Source: Candidatus Heimdallarchaeota archaeon (GTDB lineage Archaea > Asgardarchaeota > Heimdallarchaeia > JABLTI01). Taken from it: a stretch of DNA of 40,801 nucleotides. The stretch is taken from NCBI GenBank assembly GCA_019056785.1, contig DXJV01000075.1:1-40801 (forward strand), given 5' to 3'. This document shows positions 9,595 to 19,472 of this stretch, piece after piece. The translations under genes and the position numbers were made by a program. The notes under the pieces are model-generated. The model had not been told where the DNA came from. It was given only the letters and a program-made list of their open reading frames with translations, and ran no database searches. Position 1 is the stretch's first letter. The number at the start of each line of letters is the position of its first letter.

Positions 9595-10209
9595 ATGAAG
9601 TATGACTCAGAATTAAAGAAGGCAGAAGAATTTGAAAACCAGGGAAAACATCTGCAAGCAGCAAAAATCTTCGAAGAAATTGGGAGAAAATGCATGCGAG
9701 AAAGTGGTATAGAACGAAGTGAAGCCCCAAGAATAATTGCAAAAAGCATTGCTCACTACCTCCTCGCTGAGAAAAAGGAACATGCAAGAGACCTCGCTTT
9801 TCAAGCGGTCTTTATGAAAGAGGAACATCCCCTCTTATCCATCCAAATCGAAGCAGCAATTGCCTCTAAGAAAAAAATCGTTCGCATCTTTGAAACCTCG
9901 AGTATTCCAAAGAAAATCACTGAGGATGACCCCTTGTTTCGAAAAATTCCTGAAAATCGGAAGATGTTAAAAGAAACTACTGAAATAACTATTAAGCGCT
10001 TTTGGGAGGGGACATTGTCCGGAAAATTCGAAGAGAAATATGACCTCTTGGAGCAAAAACACGCAAACATTCAGGAACTGATCAACTTCATTCTCGCGAC
10101 TAAAACAGGCGTCAACGTTATTGGTGCAGAGATGGCAAACGGTAAAAAAGTGCTCGTTTTAACAGCAGTAACATTCAATGAGAATCCCGTTGAAATCATT
10201 CAGCTCTAA
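9595..10209 (+). CDS. Hypothetical protein (TPR/SNAP-like helical N-terminus, alpha/beta C-terminus)
   Basis: 204-aa ORF with genome-typical composition; AEEFENQGKHLQAAKIFEEIG resembles a TPR-like helix pair. Confidence 0.7.
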   Translation: MKYDSELKKAEEFENQGKHLQAAKIFEEIGRKCMRESGIERSEAPRIIAKSIAHYLLAEKKEHARDLAFQAVFMKEEHPLLSIQIEAAIASKKKIVRIFETSSIPKKITEDDPLFRKIPENRKMLKETTEITIKRFWEGTLSGKFEEKYDLLEQKHANIQELINFILATKTGVNVIGAEMANGKKVLVLTAVTFNENPVEIIQL

Positions 10210-10243
10210 AGACGAAGATGCCATCAAGGGGTAACTAAAGAAG

Positions 10244-10550
10244 TGGCAAGTCCCCATGCTCGATGACTCAACTAAAACCCCGCTACCAACGGTTACCTCC
10301 ACGCCGCACCCCCAGAGGCATGCCTAACGAGGCGGACGGCCGCTCACTTCCGTGCCTAACCGAGTTGGCCTCTACGCTTTCTGACCTTGCCCTCCGGCGA
10401 AGGTCTCGGCGATTAGACATCTTCTAGGACGGCGCTTCGACGGCTTCCGTTGGGCGCTTGAATTAGTCTTGTCACCTCACATGGGTCTTCGGCCGGCTAT
10501 AGAGCGTTTGCCGTTGTAGGGTAGCCCTAGCACCCCGCCTAGACTTGCCA
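10244..10550 (-). ncRNA. ffs: Archaeal signal recognition particle RNA (7S RNA)
   Basis: 307-nt GC-rich stretch with no ORF. Ends pair (TGGCAAGTC / GACTTGCCA, helix 1). The minus strand shows helix 6 GACCUUCGCC-GGAG-GGCAAGGUC and helix 8 UAGGCAC-GGAA-GUGAGCG (SRP54-binding loop with GNRA tetraloop). Confidence 0.93.
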
Positions 10551-10571
10551 AGTTTTTTGATGACAATCAGC

Positions 10572-10580
10572 CTTAAAAAA
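10572..10580 (-). promoter_or_regulatory. TATA box of the SRP RNA gene
   Basis: Minus-strand TTTTTTAAG about 22-30 nt upstream of the predicted RNA 5' end at 10550. Confidence 0.6.
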
Positions 10581-10627
10581 TATTCTGTTCAGAAGAATTA
10601 ATAGAGAAAGAAGTGCTTGAACTGTCA

Positions 10628-11647
10628 TCACGGCGAAGGGTCGCTTTTGAGAGAGTTTTTTTGAAAAAGAGCCTCGAGCATCTGACAGCCTTTACAAATG
10701 ACTGTTTTCGAAGGTTCAGAACAGATTTTGCAAAGAGTAATTTTAGAAAAAGGAAGGGGAGTTTTATCCGCAGTGCTTCTTTGAGAGGTTAAGCTATGAA
10801 TGCTATTTCGTATTGCACCTAATGTTCCCGGGTATTTTTCCTCGATGGTTGTTAAGAAATCTCGGACATCCAGGCGCATTGCTTCCACAGCATATGGGCA
10901 TTCAGTCATATGATAGGTTAATTGATTATAAAAAGCATAAAGGACGACACTTCGTTCTGCCACCATTTGAAGAGGTTTCACTCGAGGAACAAACAAATCA
11001 TGTGCCTTTTCTGTGGGGGTGAGAGTGTTTTGAAGAAGGCGGGCTACGTCTCCTCGAAGAAGGTTTAACAAGATCGTTTGGGAAACATCATTGAGATTAT
11101 GCCCTGTAGCGACTTTATCACCTTCGACTACGCGGGCTGCATAATTTAAAGCTTTCCGACGGAAAACACCACAATAGGAGCAAGGAGCATGTTGGATTAA
11201 TTTCGTCTGGCGGGTAGAAGGGAGGGTCTGGCGCAGCTCTCTCGAACGAGCAACAATCTCATCGAGAGTATAGCCAAAAAGCTCCTTAAACGAGAACAAA
11301 CGAAACTCAATGCCCAGCCGTTTTGCATTCCTGCGAGCAATTGGTAAACCATCATCTCGATAGCCGGCAATGCCTTCATCAATACAGACAGCAATAAGCT
11401 CAGAAGGAAAGTCACGTTCAAGTTGATAAAGTATATCAAGAAGCACGACACTATCTTTCCCTCCTGAAAGTCCGACAACAATTCGATCATCTCGTTTGAA
11501 TAGTTTGCCTTTCTTAATGGTACGACGAACAGTATCCACTACCCACGTACTGAAACACTTACTACAGAGAAACCTACCGTCAGTTGGGCGATAAGTGTCA
11601 GCTACACGCTTTTTGCATTGATAACAGAGAGGGGGGTTGGCTGGCAA
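10628..11647 (-). CDS. ncsA: tRNA 2-thiouridine synthetase, NcsA/TtuA/Ctu1 family (TIGR00269-like)
   Basis: N-terminal Zn finger CxxC...CxxC, PP-loop SGGKDS, DEGIAGYR, CSYCGVFRR, TGHNLND, CPY, C-terminal Zn finger. Confidence 0.92.
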   Translation of the reverse strand: MPANPPLCYQCKKRVADTYRPTDGRFLCSKCFSTWVVDTVRRTIKKGKLFKRDDRIVVGLSGGKDSVVLLDILYQLERDFPSELIAVCIDEGIAGYRDDGLPIARRNAKRLGIEFRLFSFKELFGYTLDEIVARSRELRQTLPSTRQTKLIQHAPCSYCGVFRRKALNYAARVVEGDKVATGHNLNDVSQTILLNLLRGDVARLLQNTLTPTEKAHDLFVPRVKPLQMVAERSVVLYAFYNQLTYHMTECPYAVEAMRLDVRDFLTTIEEKYPGTLGAIRNSIHSLTSQRSTADKTPLPFSKITLCKICSEPSKTVICKGCQMLEALFQKNSLKSDPSP

Positions 11648-11686
11648 TGTCGGGATCTCCGAATAAAGAAAAGGTAAAAGAGCCTT

Positions 11687-12862
11687 TTAACGTATTGGGA
11701 TAAATCCGAATTTTATAATAGGGATTATTAATACCGCAAGGAATAACGCAAGGGCGAGGAAGCGGAAGATATCGAGAATAATAAGAGCTGTTTTCTCTCG
11801 TTTGAATATCGTGAAGAGGAAGGGTGCAAGCAATTTATCACCATCTAATAGAAAAGGAATTGGCAATGCATTAAAGAGAACCGACCCAAAAGTAACAACA
11901 ACTATCCAGAGAAGTTGCTGCTGGAAATAATTGGGGAAAAATTTCCAAGCAAGACGAGTTTTGGGGGCACGATAATCAAGTGTGTAGACGCCGAGGTAAC
12001 CCCGAGAGTCGTCATCCGGGTGGACACCAAGACGAACATCGATCGTCCCTTTGGTGGTATTTAAAACAATCAATTGATTAGGTTGAGTGGCATTCATGAG
12101 GATAGTGAAAGTAGTGACATTATACAGGTGAGTGTTGTTTAAAGAATACAACACCATCCCACGTTCCAACCCTGCATTTGCTGCGGGAGTATTAGGAATG
12201 ACTTCTTGAATTAATACGCCATCAACAGGAGCATAAAAGGGATTAAGAATTGCTGGAGCATAGAAGAGTAAGGGGAGGGTTAGTAAGCCTACAAGCAAAT
12301 TGGGGAACATTCCCGAAGCAAAAGTTCGCATCCGGGTCCAATAAGAAGATTTTTTCAAGGATTCTTCTTCAGGTTCAACAAAGGCGCCAAAAAAGATGGC
12401 AAAGAATGCTAATCCTGTCGATTTTAACTCCACACCATCAGCATGGCTAACAACGCCATGTGCTAACTCGTGGGGGATCATTGTGAGGATAATAGGAATA
12501 ATTAGATAAAGAGTGGTCTTGAAAGAAATGGTCACACCGGGGATGATGATACCTACCGTAGGAGCACCTTCCACCGGGGAATTCGGTAAAAGCGTGATAG
12601 TCAAGGAATAGAGCAAAGCCGCAAAAGAAGCAAGCATGCATAAAAAGCCAAAGACAATAGAAACATTACCAAAGAGGATCCAAAAACGGGCGTGCTTTTT
12701 TGCCAGGCGTTCAATAAACTTATTGAAACGTTTTGTGCGAATTAAGAGGAAAAGTGGACCCAATGTCCAGCCGTAACGTTCATCTAATTTGAAATAGCGG
12801 CCAAGAATGTAAATAAGAAACCAAATGGAAGCAAGAATGAGAAACGAAAAGATCCAATGCAC
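11687..12862 (-). CDS. Site-2 protease family (M50) intramembrane zinc metalloprotease with PDZ domain
   Basis: HELAH (HExxH) within a TM region, GAFVEP, NALPIPFLLDG (NxxPxxxxDG), PDZ-like VIPNTPAANAGLERG. Confidence 0.93.
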   Translation of the reverse strand: MHWIFSFLILASIWFLIYILGRYFKLDERYGWTLGPLFLLIRTKRFNKFIERLAKKHARFWILFGNVSIVFGFLCMLASFAALLYSLTITLLPNSPVEGAPTVGIIIPGVTISFKTTLYLIIPIILTMIPHELAHGVVSHADGVELKSTGLAFFAIFFGAFVEPEEESLKKSSYWTRMRTFASGMFPNLLVGLLTLPLLFYAPAILNPFYAPVDGVLIQEVIPNTPAANAGLERGMVLYSLNNTHLYNVTTFTILMNATQPNQLIVLNTTKGTIDVRLGVHPDDDSRGYLGVYTLDYRAPKTRLAWKFFPNYFQQQLLWIVVVTFGSVLFNALPIPFLLDGDKLLAPFLFTIFKREKTALIILDIFRFLALALFLAVLIIPIIKFGFIPIR

Positions 12863-12998
12863 AGCCAGTTACCTCTTTTTGTCTTTCAACTTAATTTTCT
12901 ACCTTCCAATGCAAAATGGGCTTATAAAAAATCTATCATAACTTTCTTGAAGAAGGAGACATATACTCTCTTGCAAGAAGCATTGCTTTTGATGTGTC

Positions 12999-13718
12999 AT
13001 GAAACGCAAAGGTTCAGGAGTAAAACCAAAAGCCACTGTAGATGCAAAAAAAGTGATTTACTCGAGAGAGCATTGGGAACTTTTAACTGCTTTGAGACAA
13101 CAAGCACGTGAACTTATGGAACTGCTACAAAGGGAGAACATATCCAGCCTTGTCTATGGGTCTGTCTGTCGAGGGGATGTAAATAAAACAAGTGATATTG
13201 ATGTTTTTATCCCCTACCAAGTATCATCCTTTCTCATTGAACTAGCAGTCGAAAAAGCAGGCTATAATATTTATGGGAAAAAGATCGTGCAAGCAACACC
13301 TAAACATGTTGTGAAAGGAGAGATCATGCTTAAAGAAGACATTAGCATCACTTTTCCGCTTACCTCCTTGCGGGAACGAGAATTTGATTTCATCAGGTTT
13401 GGCGGGAGCTTGAGCCTAGAAGAGCTCCAAAAAAACAAACGTGTACCAGGCGTTGACAAGCGACTTGTACTTATAGAGCCCATCGAAAAGGGGCATTGGG
13501 AATCGCAAGTACTTGGTTTTGAATCTCTTGTTGCAAGAAAAGTGGGTGTGGATGTCGAGCTCGTCAAAGAGCGTGTGAGAATTCTAACAACTCGAGATAA
13601 AAAAGGACGCACAGGTGTTTATTTAAAACGAGAGCTGGGATGTGATGAATCAATAGAGGCAGTCTTTAAAGAGCTCAAAGACAGTGACCCTATTGTAAGA
13701 AGGCGCTCTAACAACTAG
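12999..13718 (+). CDS. Pol-beta superfamily nucleotidyltransferase (conserved archaeal, COG2413-like)
   Basis: YGSVCRGDVNKTSDIDV (GS-x10-DxD); RVPGVDKRL and R-x4-GRTGVYL family motifs. Confidence 0.85.
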   Translation: MKRKGSGVKPKATVDAKKVIYSREHWELLTALRQQARELMELLQRENISSLVYGSVCRGDVNKTSDIDVFIPYQVSSFLIELAVEKAGYNIYGKKIVQATPKHVVKGEIMLKEDISITFPLTSLREREFDFIRFGGSLSLEELQKNKRVPGVDKRLVLIEPIEKGHWESQVLGFESLVARKVGVDVELVKERVRILTTRDKKGRTGVYLKRELGCDESIEAVFKELKDSDPIVRRRSNN

Positions 13719-13730
13719 AAATTAGCAGCT

Positions 13731-14882
13731 ATGGAAGGAGCAATTGAGATGAAAGAAAAAATCCGCACATTAGAAGGGGGGTCAATATTAAAAGGAGAAT
13801 TGCCAGAAGGGTGTAAAATTTGCCGACGAGGAGCAGAGCTCTTCTTTTTTGTCACGGGAAAATGCAGTGAAAGTTGCTTCTACTGTTCCCTTGCCGGGGC
13901 AAAAAGAGGAAAAAGTCTCATCTTGGCAAATGAACGGCCTGTGAAGAACTTCGCCAATGTAATGATCGAAGCCACAAATATGAATGCTCTTGGCGCAGCA
14001 GTTACGGGCGGCGACCCCCTCCTCTGTATTGACACGACCATTGAGTATATCAGAAAAATGAAAGAGGCGTTTGGGAAGAAATTTCATATTCATCTTTATA
14101 CATCAGGGAGATACGCGACAGAGGAAAACCTTTCGAAACTTTTTCAAGCGGGACTAGATGAGATTCGCTTCCACCCCCAAAATGATGAGCAAAGAAAAGC
14201 AATTGCAAAAGCCCTTACCTTTGACTGGCAAGTGGGAGCAGAAATACCGGTGATCCCAGGAACAAAAAAAGAAACACTTGCATTTCTGGATTTTCTCGAG
14301 AGTTTGGGCGGAGTCAGCTTCTGCAATTTAAATGAGTTAGAAGCAACAGAAACGAATTTACCTGCATTAAAAGAACATGGGTTTGAATTAGTTAACCAAG
14401 AAGGAGCAGCCATAAAAGGAAGTAAGGAACTCGCTAAAAAGCTGTTACTGGAAACAAACTACTCTTATACGCTTCATTTTTGTAGTGCGAAAACAAAAGA
14501 TGCAGTCCAATTTCGAAACAGATTGATACGTACTGCAAACAACATTCGAAAGCCCTACGAGGAAGTGCAAGATGGCATGCTCGTGAAGGCAGTTATCGAA
14601 ATCCCGAAAACGCTGATAGGTGAAGAAGTATTAGAAACACTTGCAGAAGAGTATGAAGTTGACCCAGAGTTAATTGCCCTGCCAACAGAGGACAGACTTG
14701 AAACAGCATGGTTTATAGCCGATGCTCTAAAAGAAGTGTTGAAAGAGAGATTCGAAATTACGGGTATTTTTGTTACCTATGAATACCCAACCTTTCAAAG
14801 AACATTAATTGCAAAAATACCGCTGTTAGGAGAGAAAGACTCTTCGGCAAAGAAACAAACGACTCAGCGGAAAAAAAGGTAA
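13731..14882 (+). CDS. Radical SAM protein (conserved archaeal, COG2108-like)
   Basis: GCKIC, CSESCFYC (CxxxCxxC), TGGDPL, HIHLYT, GLDEIRFHP, NLNELE. Likely start is ATG 13749. Confidence 0.9.
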   Translation: MEGAIEMKEKIRTLEGGSILKGELPEGCKICRRGAELFFFVTGKCSESCFYCSLAGAKRGKSLILANERPVKNFANVMIEATNMNALGAAVTGGDPLLCIDTTIEYIRKMKEAFGKKFHIHLYTSGRYATEENLSKLFQAGLDEIRFHPQNDEQRKAIAKALTFDWQVGAEIPVIPGTKKETLAFLDFLESLGGVSFCNLNELEATETNLPALKEHGFELVNQEGAAIKGSKELAKKLLLETNYSYTLHFCSAKTKDAVQFRNRLIRTANNIRKPYEEVQDGMLVKAVIEIPKTLIGEEVLETLAEEYEVDPELIALPTEDRLETAWFIADALKEVLKERFEITGIFVTYEYPTFQRTLIAKIPLLGEKDSSAKKQTTQRKKR

Positions 14883-14970
14883 AAAAGAAAAGAAAGGGAA
14901 AGAACAATACGGCCATTTCCAGGCAAAAGCTTCCAATATTTTAAAAGTAAATTTTCATATTATTACACTC

Positions 14971-15642
14971 ATGAGCTCTAAAAACAAAGCAACCTTTATA
15001 GTTGTAAATATTATTGGGACGCTTCTCTTAACAGCAATTTTAGAGGCAATTGATTTCCTCTATGCCGGGGTTCAGGAGAAATTTCTTACTAACATAAACC
15101 CAAGTTATACACCAAATCTAGCGCTGGCAAATAAAATAATCATCGCGTGTTCATTGACAGCCATAGGAGCATTGATTACCTATCTGTTGTTGGCAGTCTT
15201 TCTTATTCGTCGAGAAAAAATAGAACAACAACTTAAGGATGAGAAAATGCTGGATCAGAGTGATAGCTTGAATTTTCAAAAGTTTCAACGAGAAATTGGC
15301 AGCTCCATTGAGGTGTTAAAGGATCTCTTCATTTTTCAAATTTTAATTGTTATACTTTCTGGACTCTTTAGCTTTCTAAAGTTCCTCTGGGCATTCTCCA
15401 AATATCGCTCGTACACTCAACTCTTTATTGAATATTATTTGTCTAATGTCGCTTCGATTTTGGTGAGCCTTTCCATCTATCTTGTGTTGGCATTCATGAT
15501 GAGCTACTTGATAATTTCAGCCCTTCAAAAATATATCCGCCTAAAGGTTATTTCAGAAAAATATCAACAAGCAATGGCAAAGGTGTTGCAAAATTTTGAC
15601 AAATTGTTGGCAGAAGAACAAACTGTCCATGAGAAGAAATAA
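14971..15642 (+). CDS. Hypothetical 4-TM membrane protein
   Basis: Four hydrophobic segments in two pairs separated by a charged loop. Confidence 0.75.
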   Translation: MSSKNKATFIVVNIIGTLLLTAILEAIDFLYAGVQEKFLTNINPSYTPNLALANKIIIACSLTAIGALITYLLLAVFLIRREKIEQQLKDEKMLDQSDSLNFQKFQREIGSSIEVLKDLFIFQILIVILSGLFSFLKFLWAFSKYRSYTQLFIEYYLSNVASILVSLSIYLVLAFMMSYLIISALQKYIRLKVISEKYQQAMAKVLQNFDKLLAEEQTVHEKK

Positions 15643-15650
15643 AAAGTGAG

Positions 15651-15989
15651 TTGACGTGGCTGTTGAGACGAAGAAGCGATGATTTAGACAAATGGATTGC
15701 CATTCTTTCTAAACTAGCACAATGTGAAGATGGCACATCCGACGATCAAAACCTAGGGCTTTCATTCTATGCAATTCGCTCAACAGCAGTCAGTGACTAT
15801 CACAAATTAACGGAAATTCTGGCTGACATGGAAAAAAAAGGGTTCATAAGAGTTATAGAAGAAGAAAAGGAATTACCAGATGGTGGGAGAACAACAATTA
15901 AACGTTATAAAATAACCTTAAAAGGAATGCAAACATTGTTTCAAATATTAATCCCCGCTAGAGATGCACTTCGAAAACTCGACTATTAA
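15651..15989 (+). CDS. Winged-helix (PadR/MarR-like) DNA-binding protein
   Basis: LTEILADMEKKGFIRV...RYKITLKG wing signature; 8 nt after the upstream stop codon. Confidence 0.7.
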   Translation: MTWLLRRRSDDLDKWIAILSKLAQCEDGTSDDQNLGLSFYAIRSTAVSDYHKLTEILADMEKKGFIRVIEEEKELPDGGRTTIKRYKITLKGMQTLFQILIPARDALRKLDY

Positions 15990-16050
15990 ACGTACAAAAA
16001 AGACTAAGCAGGAACACCAATTAATGTTAAACACTAATCAAGGCGAATAA

Positions 16051-16206
16051 ATGATGGGTATAAATAATTCAACAGAAAAAGAAGAAATCAAAGAAAAAAA
16101 AGAAAAAAGAAAGGAGAAGGTGCGACGAGTGTTTATGTACATCGGCGTTTTATGTTTGATTGCGTTGTTAGTTGGAATTCCGGTAATGTTTTATTTTGTC
16201 CGGTAA
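16051..16206 (+). CDS. Small (51 aa) tail-anchored membrane protein, below the ORF-track cutoff
   Basis: Hand translation: MMGINNSTEKEEIKEKKEKRKEKVRRVFMYIGVLCLIALLVGIPVMFYFVR*. Fills the gap before the convergent pepF stop. Confidence 0.6.
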   Translation: MMGINNSTEKEEIKEKKEKRKEKVRRVFMYIGVLCLIALLVGIPVMFYFVR

Positions 16207-16219
16207 TTGAAGCGAGGGA

Positions 16220-18010
16220 TTATTTCTTAGAAACCAATTTTTCAAGTTCAGAGACAAAATACTCGAAGCGTTTCAAGCCAAGTTGCCAGAAAGATTTGTC
16301 AGTAACATCCAGCCCAAAAATTTTGCCTATTTCTTTCGGAGAAAGGCTTCCGCCTGCTGCAAGAGCTTTCTTGAATTTCGGAATGAAACTCTTACCTTCA
16401 TCAAGGTACTTTTGATACAAAGCATAAACAAACAATTGGGCATAAACATAGGGGTAGTTATAAAATCGGAAGTTTGGCATGAAATAATGGGGTTTCATTG
16501 CCCATTCAGATTCCATAACATCAAACCATTCTACAACATCACCATAAATTCGGTCGCGGTTTTTTGTCCAGTATTTAGAAATTGTTTTGAAATCCAAATA
16601 TTCTCCTCGTTTGATAGCATCATACAGATCTTGTTCAAACCAAGCTCGAGCACTGACTTGAAAAGCAGCCATTCCCGCACCATCAAGAACGCGACAAATA
16701 ATTGCTATCTTTTCTTTGTCGTCTTTCGCCTTCTTTAGCAGTAAATCCGTTAGCAAAAGCTCGCCAAAGATAGAAGCTGTCTCGGCAACAACCATAGGAA
16801 TACCACCATTCAAGATCGTTTGCTCTCGAGTGAAATAGTAATCATGAGTGGCGTGACCCAATTCATGGGCAAGAGTGTAAATGTCACTTAAATTCTGATT
16901 GAAACTTTGCAAAATGAAAGCAGATTTTCCTTTGAACCAGCTGGCACAGAAAGCACCATTTCGTTTGCCAAACCGTGGCGAAGCATCGATGTGGTTTCGC
17001 TTAAACATATCACGAACAGCAAAAGCATATTCATCATCAAAAGAACTATAGGCTTCGGTTACAAGCGCTTTTGCTTGCTCCCAAGTAAAATGCATTTCCG
17101 GTGCGTCAGGCAACGGGGCAACAATATCATGGTTTCCCAGTTTAGGTAAGCCCATAAGCTTTGCTTTAAGTGTTAAATACTTGCGATAAAGTTTCGAGCC
17201 ACTATCTATTGCTTCGAGTAAATTGTCAATGGTTTCTTGGTCCGTGTCGTTAGCGATTAAACTGTCATGCATTTCAGAGTCGAATTTGCGGCGCTTAACA
17301 ACATTCACCCAATCATTGCAAATGTTGCGCAAACACGAAGCGAATATTTCCCCATCTTTTCCCAACAAGCTATAAATGGCTTTATTAGCCGACTCTCGTG
17401 TTGCTCGGTCCGGATGCGGGAGTAAGCCATTTGCAGCGCCATAGGGAAGCTGTTTCTTCTCGCCCTCTACTTCAACTTCAAAGATGCGGGTATTAAGCCA
17501 CTTACTCTGGAGCTGTTGCCATCCCTGGACGCCGAATTGATCCTTTTCGATAATAATCTGCTCTTCGATCTCAGAGAGCTGATGAGGAACATCTCGACGG
17601 AGTTTTTCGAGAAAGTGCTTGTAATTTGCAAGCTCCTTACTGGTTATTAAAGCGGGCTTTTCATACACAAGTTTTCCAACATCAAGCCAAAGAAAAGCAA
17701 GCTTCTTTGCAAGTTCAGCCTGTAACTTCTGTACACGATCATTAAGGACTTGAGTTTCTGGAAGAGTCATATTAGCACTATATGCAAGACTAGCAAAAAG
17801 CCCCAAATCCCGCAGATCAAGAATATACTCTTCATAATCTTCTAAAAGCTTCAGAAGTTTTTCCGCATTCAGAGAAGCAATTTTCCCTTTATAATTCTTC
17901 ACAAGGCGATCAGCTTTCTTTGTCAGATTCGTGATTGCCTTTTCAATTTTAGGATCATCAATGCTTGGAAAAATGCCTGATAAATCCCAAACGATTTCTT
18001 CACTTTTCAT
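16220..18010 (-). CDS. pepF: Oligoendopeptidase F (peptidase M3B)
   Basis: N-terminal WDLSGIF, GKRNGAFC, TLAHELGHATH (HExxH), AETASIFGE, PHYF...FYNYPYVYA. Start set at ATG 18010. Confidence 0.95.
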   Translation of the reverse strand: MKSEEIVWDLSGIFPSIDDPKIEKAITNLTKKADRLVKNYKGKIASLNAEKLLKLLEDYEEYILDLRDLGLFASLAYSANMTLPETQVLNDRVQKLQAELAKKLAFLWLDVGKLVYEKPALITSKELANYKHFLEKLRRDVPHQLSEIEEQIIIEKDQFGVQGWQQLQSKWLNTRIFEVEVEGEKKQLPYGAANGLLPHPDRATRESANKAIYSLLGKDGEIFASCLRNICNDWVNVVKRRKFDSEMHDSLIANDTDQETIDNLLEAIDSGSKLYRKYLTLKAKLMGLPKLGNHDIVAPLPDAPEMHFTWEQAKALVTEAYSSFDDEYAFAVRDMFKRNHIDASPRFGKRNGAFCASWFKGKSAFILQSFNQNLSDIYTLAHELGHATHDYYFTREQTILNGGIPMVVAETASIFGELLLTDLLLKKAKDDKEKIAIICRVLDGAGMAAFQVSARAWFEQDLYDAIKRGEYLDFKTISKYWTKNRDRIYGDVVEWFDVMESEWAMKPHYFMPNFRFYNYPYVYAQLFVYALYQKYLDEGKSFIPKFKKALAAGGSLSPKEIGKIFGLDVTDKSFWQLGLKRFEYFVSELEKLVSKK

Positions 18011-18304
18011 CAAAATTCTACAACCTAACTTAACAATAATAATTATCAAAATTTTAATGATTAAAGATAAATTAAAGTTTTATGTAATTTTTCTAAAGTG
18101 AAAAGCCAGCAAACCTTTGCCTTATAAACCGGTAAGAAATAAACAAGCAAACTATCTCACAACCGGGCAAAGAAAAAAATTACTTCAGTGAAGAGTTTTA
18201 CTAGATATACCGAAAAATCGTTCTACAAGCCTTTTAAATATTAAAAGAGACGTTTATTATAGTTTTAACCTTCTAGTATAGGATTTTTGAGGGTGACACG
18301 ATTA

Positions 18305-19459
18305 ATGAAGAAACCAAAGATTTTGAAATCTCGCAAAGGAGTAAGCACGGTTTTAGCAACGATCTTCCTGATTGGCATTACCGTTGCTTCTGTAGGATTT
18401 ATTTATTCGATGTTATCTTCATACACCAAATTCAATTCAAAAGTAGATGCTGCTGGTGTTGTAGAAGTAACAGATTATGATAACGACGGGCTTATTGATT
18501 CCATTACCTTACCTTTAACCAATAAAGGAATGAAGAGTGCTATTATTGAAGGTGTAAAGGTTGTACAAAACGATCAAGACCATTTATGGTTCACGTTTGA
18601 TACCGAAGTGAAAATTAGTGCAATTGAAAAAGTTAACCTCTATGCGCTTTCTTCGGAACAACAAATCCAGTTCTTTATCCCCTTCCATGTTGAAATTACT
18701 TTTGAAGATGAGAATTATGTTTCTCCGGGCTACATCATCTCAAATTCAGATGAAGTCCCAATGGAGATTCTTCCTACAATTATTGAAGGAGGGGACCCCA
18801 GCTTTTCAGCTTTTGATTTATTGGTAAGCCAGACCGCAGATGATGCGGCTTATGGGAAAAAGAAATTCCCAACAGATATTGGTTATTCTCCTACAAGATG
18901 GTTTATCTTGGGAGAATTTGAAGATAATAACAAACGCCCTGACCTTTCAACTGATTTTATTGCCCTCTGTGGACATGGAAATGAACTCGATTTTGCCCCC
19001 TACCTAATGGATGAACGAACGTTCACAAATGGGAATATTGGAACGCAGAGTGGCCAAGAAGTTATCCCCTATGAAGATGGAGGGGATCATCCTGGGTTGA
19101 TTGCCTTAAACAAATATGGCAAATGGGATAAAAAAGATGACCTAAATTGGGGCAAATATGGCATCGTCTATATGTGGTCCTATATTTATGTTCCAGGAAC
19201 TGAAGCTATAACAGTAAGCATTGGAGCAAATGGTGCAAGTGAATTTAAAGTCTACCTCAATGGGGAATTCCAGGTCGAAGGCAATAAAATGAAACATTGG
19301 TACACAAATGATGGAGTAATACTTAACGCCGGGTTGAATTTAGTATTGATGAAAATATCAGCAAAAACTAATGCACACTTTGCTGGACAAGTAGTGTTTT
19401 ATAACAATGCAAATTTGGCTGCTTGCTATTCTGTGTGGCCAACAATCAACGACTTATAA
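18305..19459 (+). CDS. Type IV pilin/archaellin-like protein (class III signal peptide) with a large C-terminal beta-sandwich, PA14-like domain
   Basis: Basic leader KSRKG|VSTVLATIFLIGITV; DYDNDG Ca-binding motif; WSYIYVP...FKVYLNG...LNAGLNLVLMK pattern. Confidence 0.8.
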   Translation: MKKPKILKSRKGVSTVLATIFLIGITVASVGFIYSMLSSYTKFNSKVDAAGVVEVTDYDNDGLIDSITLPLTNKGMKSAIIEGVKVVQNDQDHLWFTFDTEVKISAIEKVNLYALSSEQQIQFFIPFHVEITFEDENYVSPGYIISNSDEVPMEILPTIIEGGDPSFSAFDLLVSQTADDAAYGKKKFPTDIGYSPTRWFILGEFEDNNKRPDLSTDFIALCGHGNELDFAPYLMDERTFTNGNIGTQSGQEVIPYEDGGDHPGLIALNKYGKWDKKDDLNWGKYGIVYMWSYIYVPGTEAITVSIGANGASEFKVYLNGEFQVEGNKMKHWYTNDGVILNAGLNLVLMKISAKTNAHFAGQVVFYNNANLAACYSVWPTINDL

Positions 19460-19472
19460 AGCAAACTAATAT

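Noticed and set aside
10210-10560. GC-rich intergenic block as tRNA, RNase P RNA or rRNA fragment
   Set aside because: No cloverleaf or T-loop and no RNase P GAGGAAAGUCC motif; SRP helices 1, 6 and 8 explain it.
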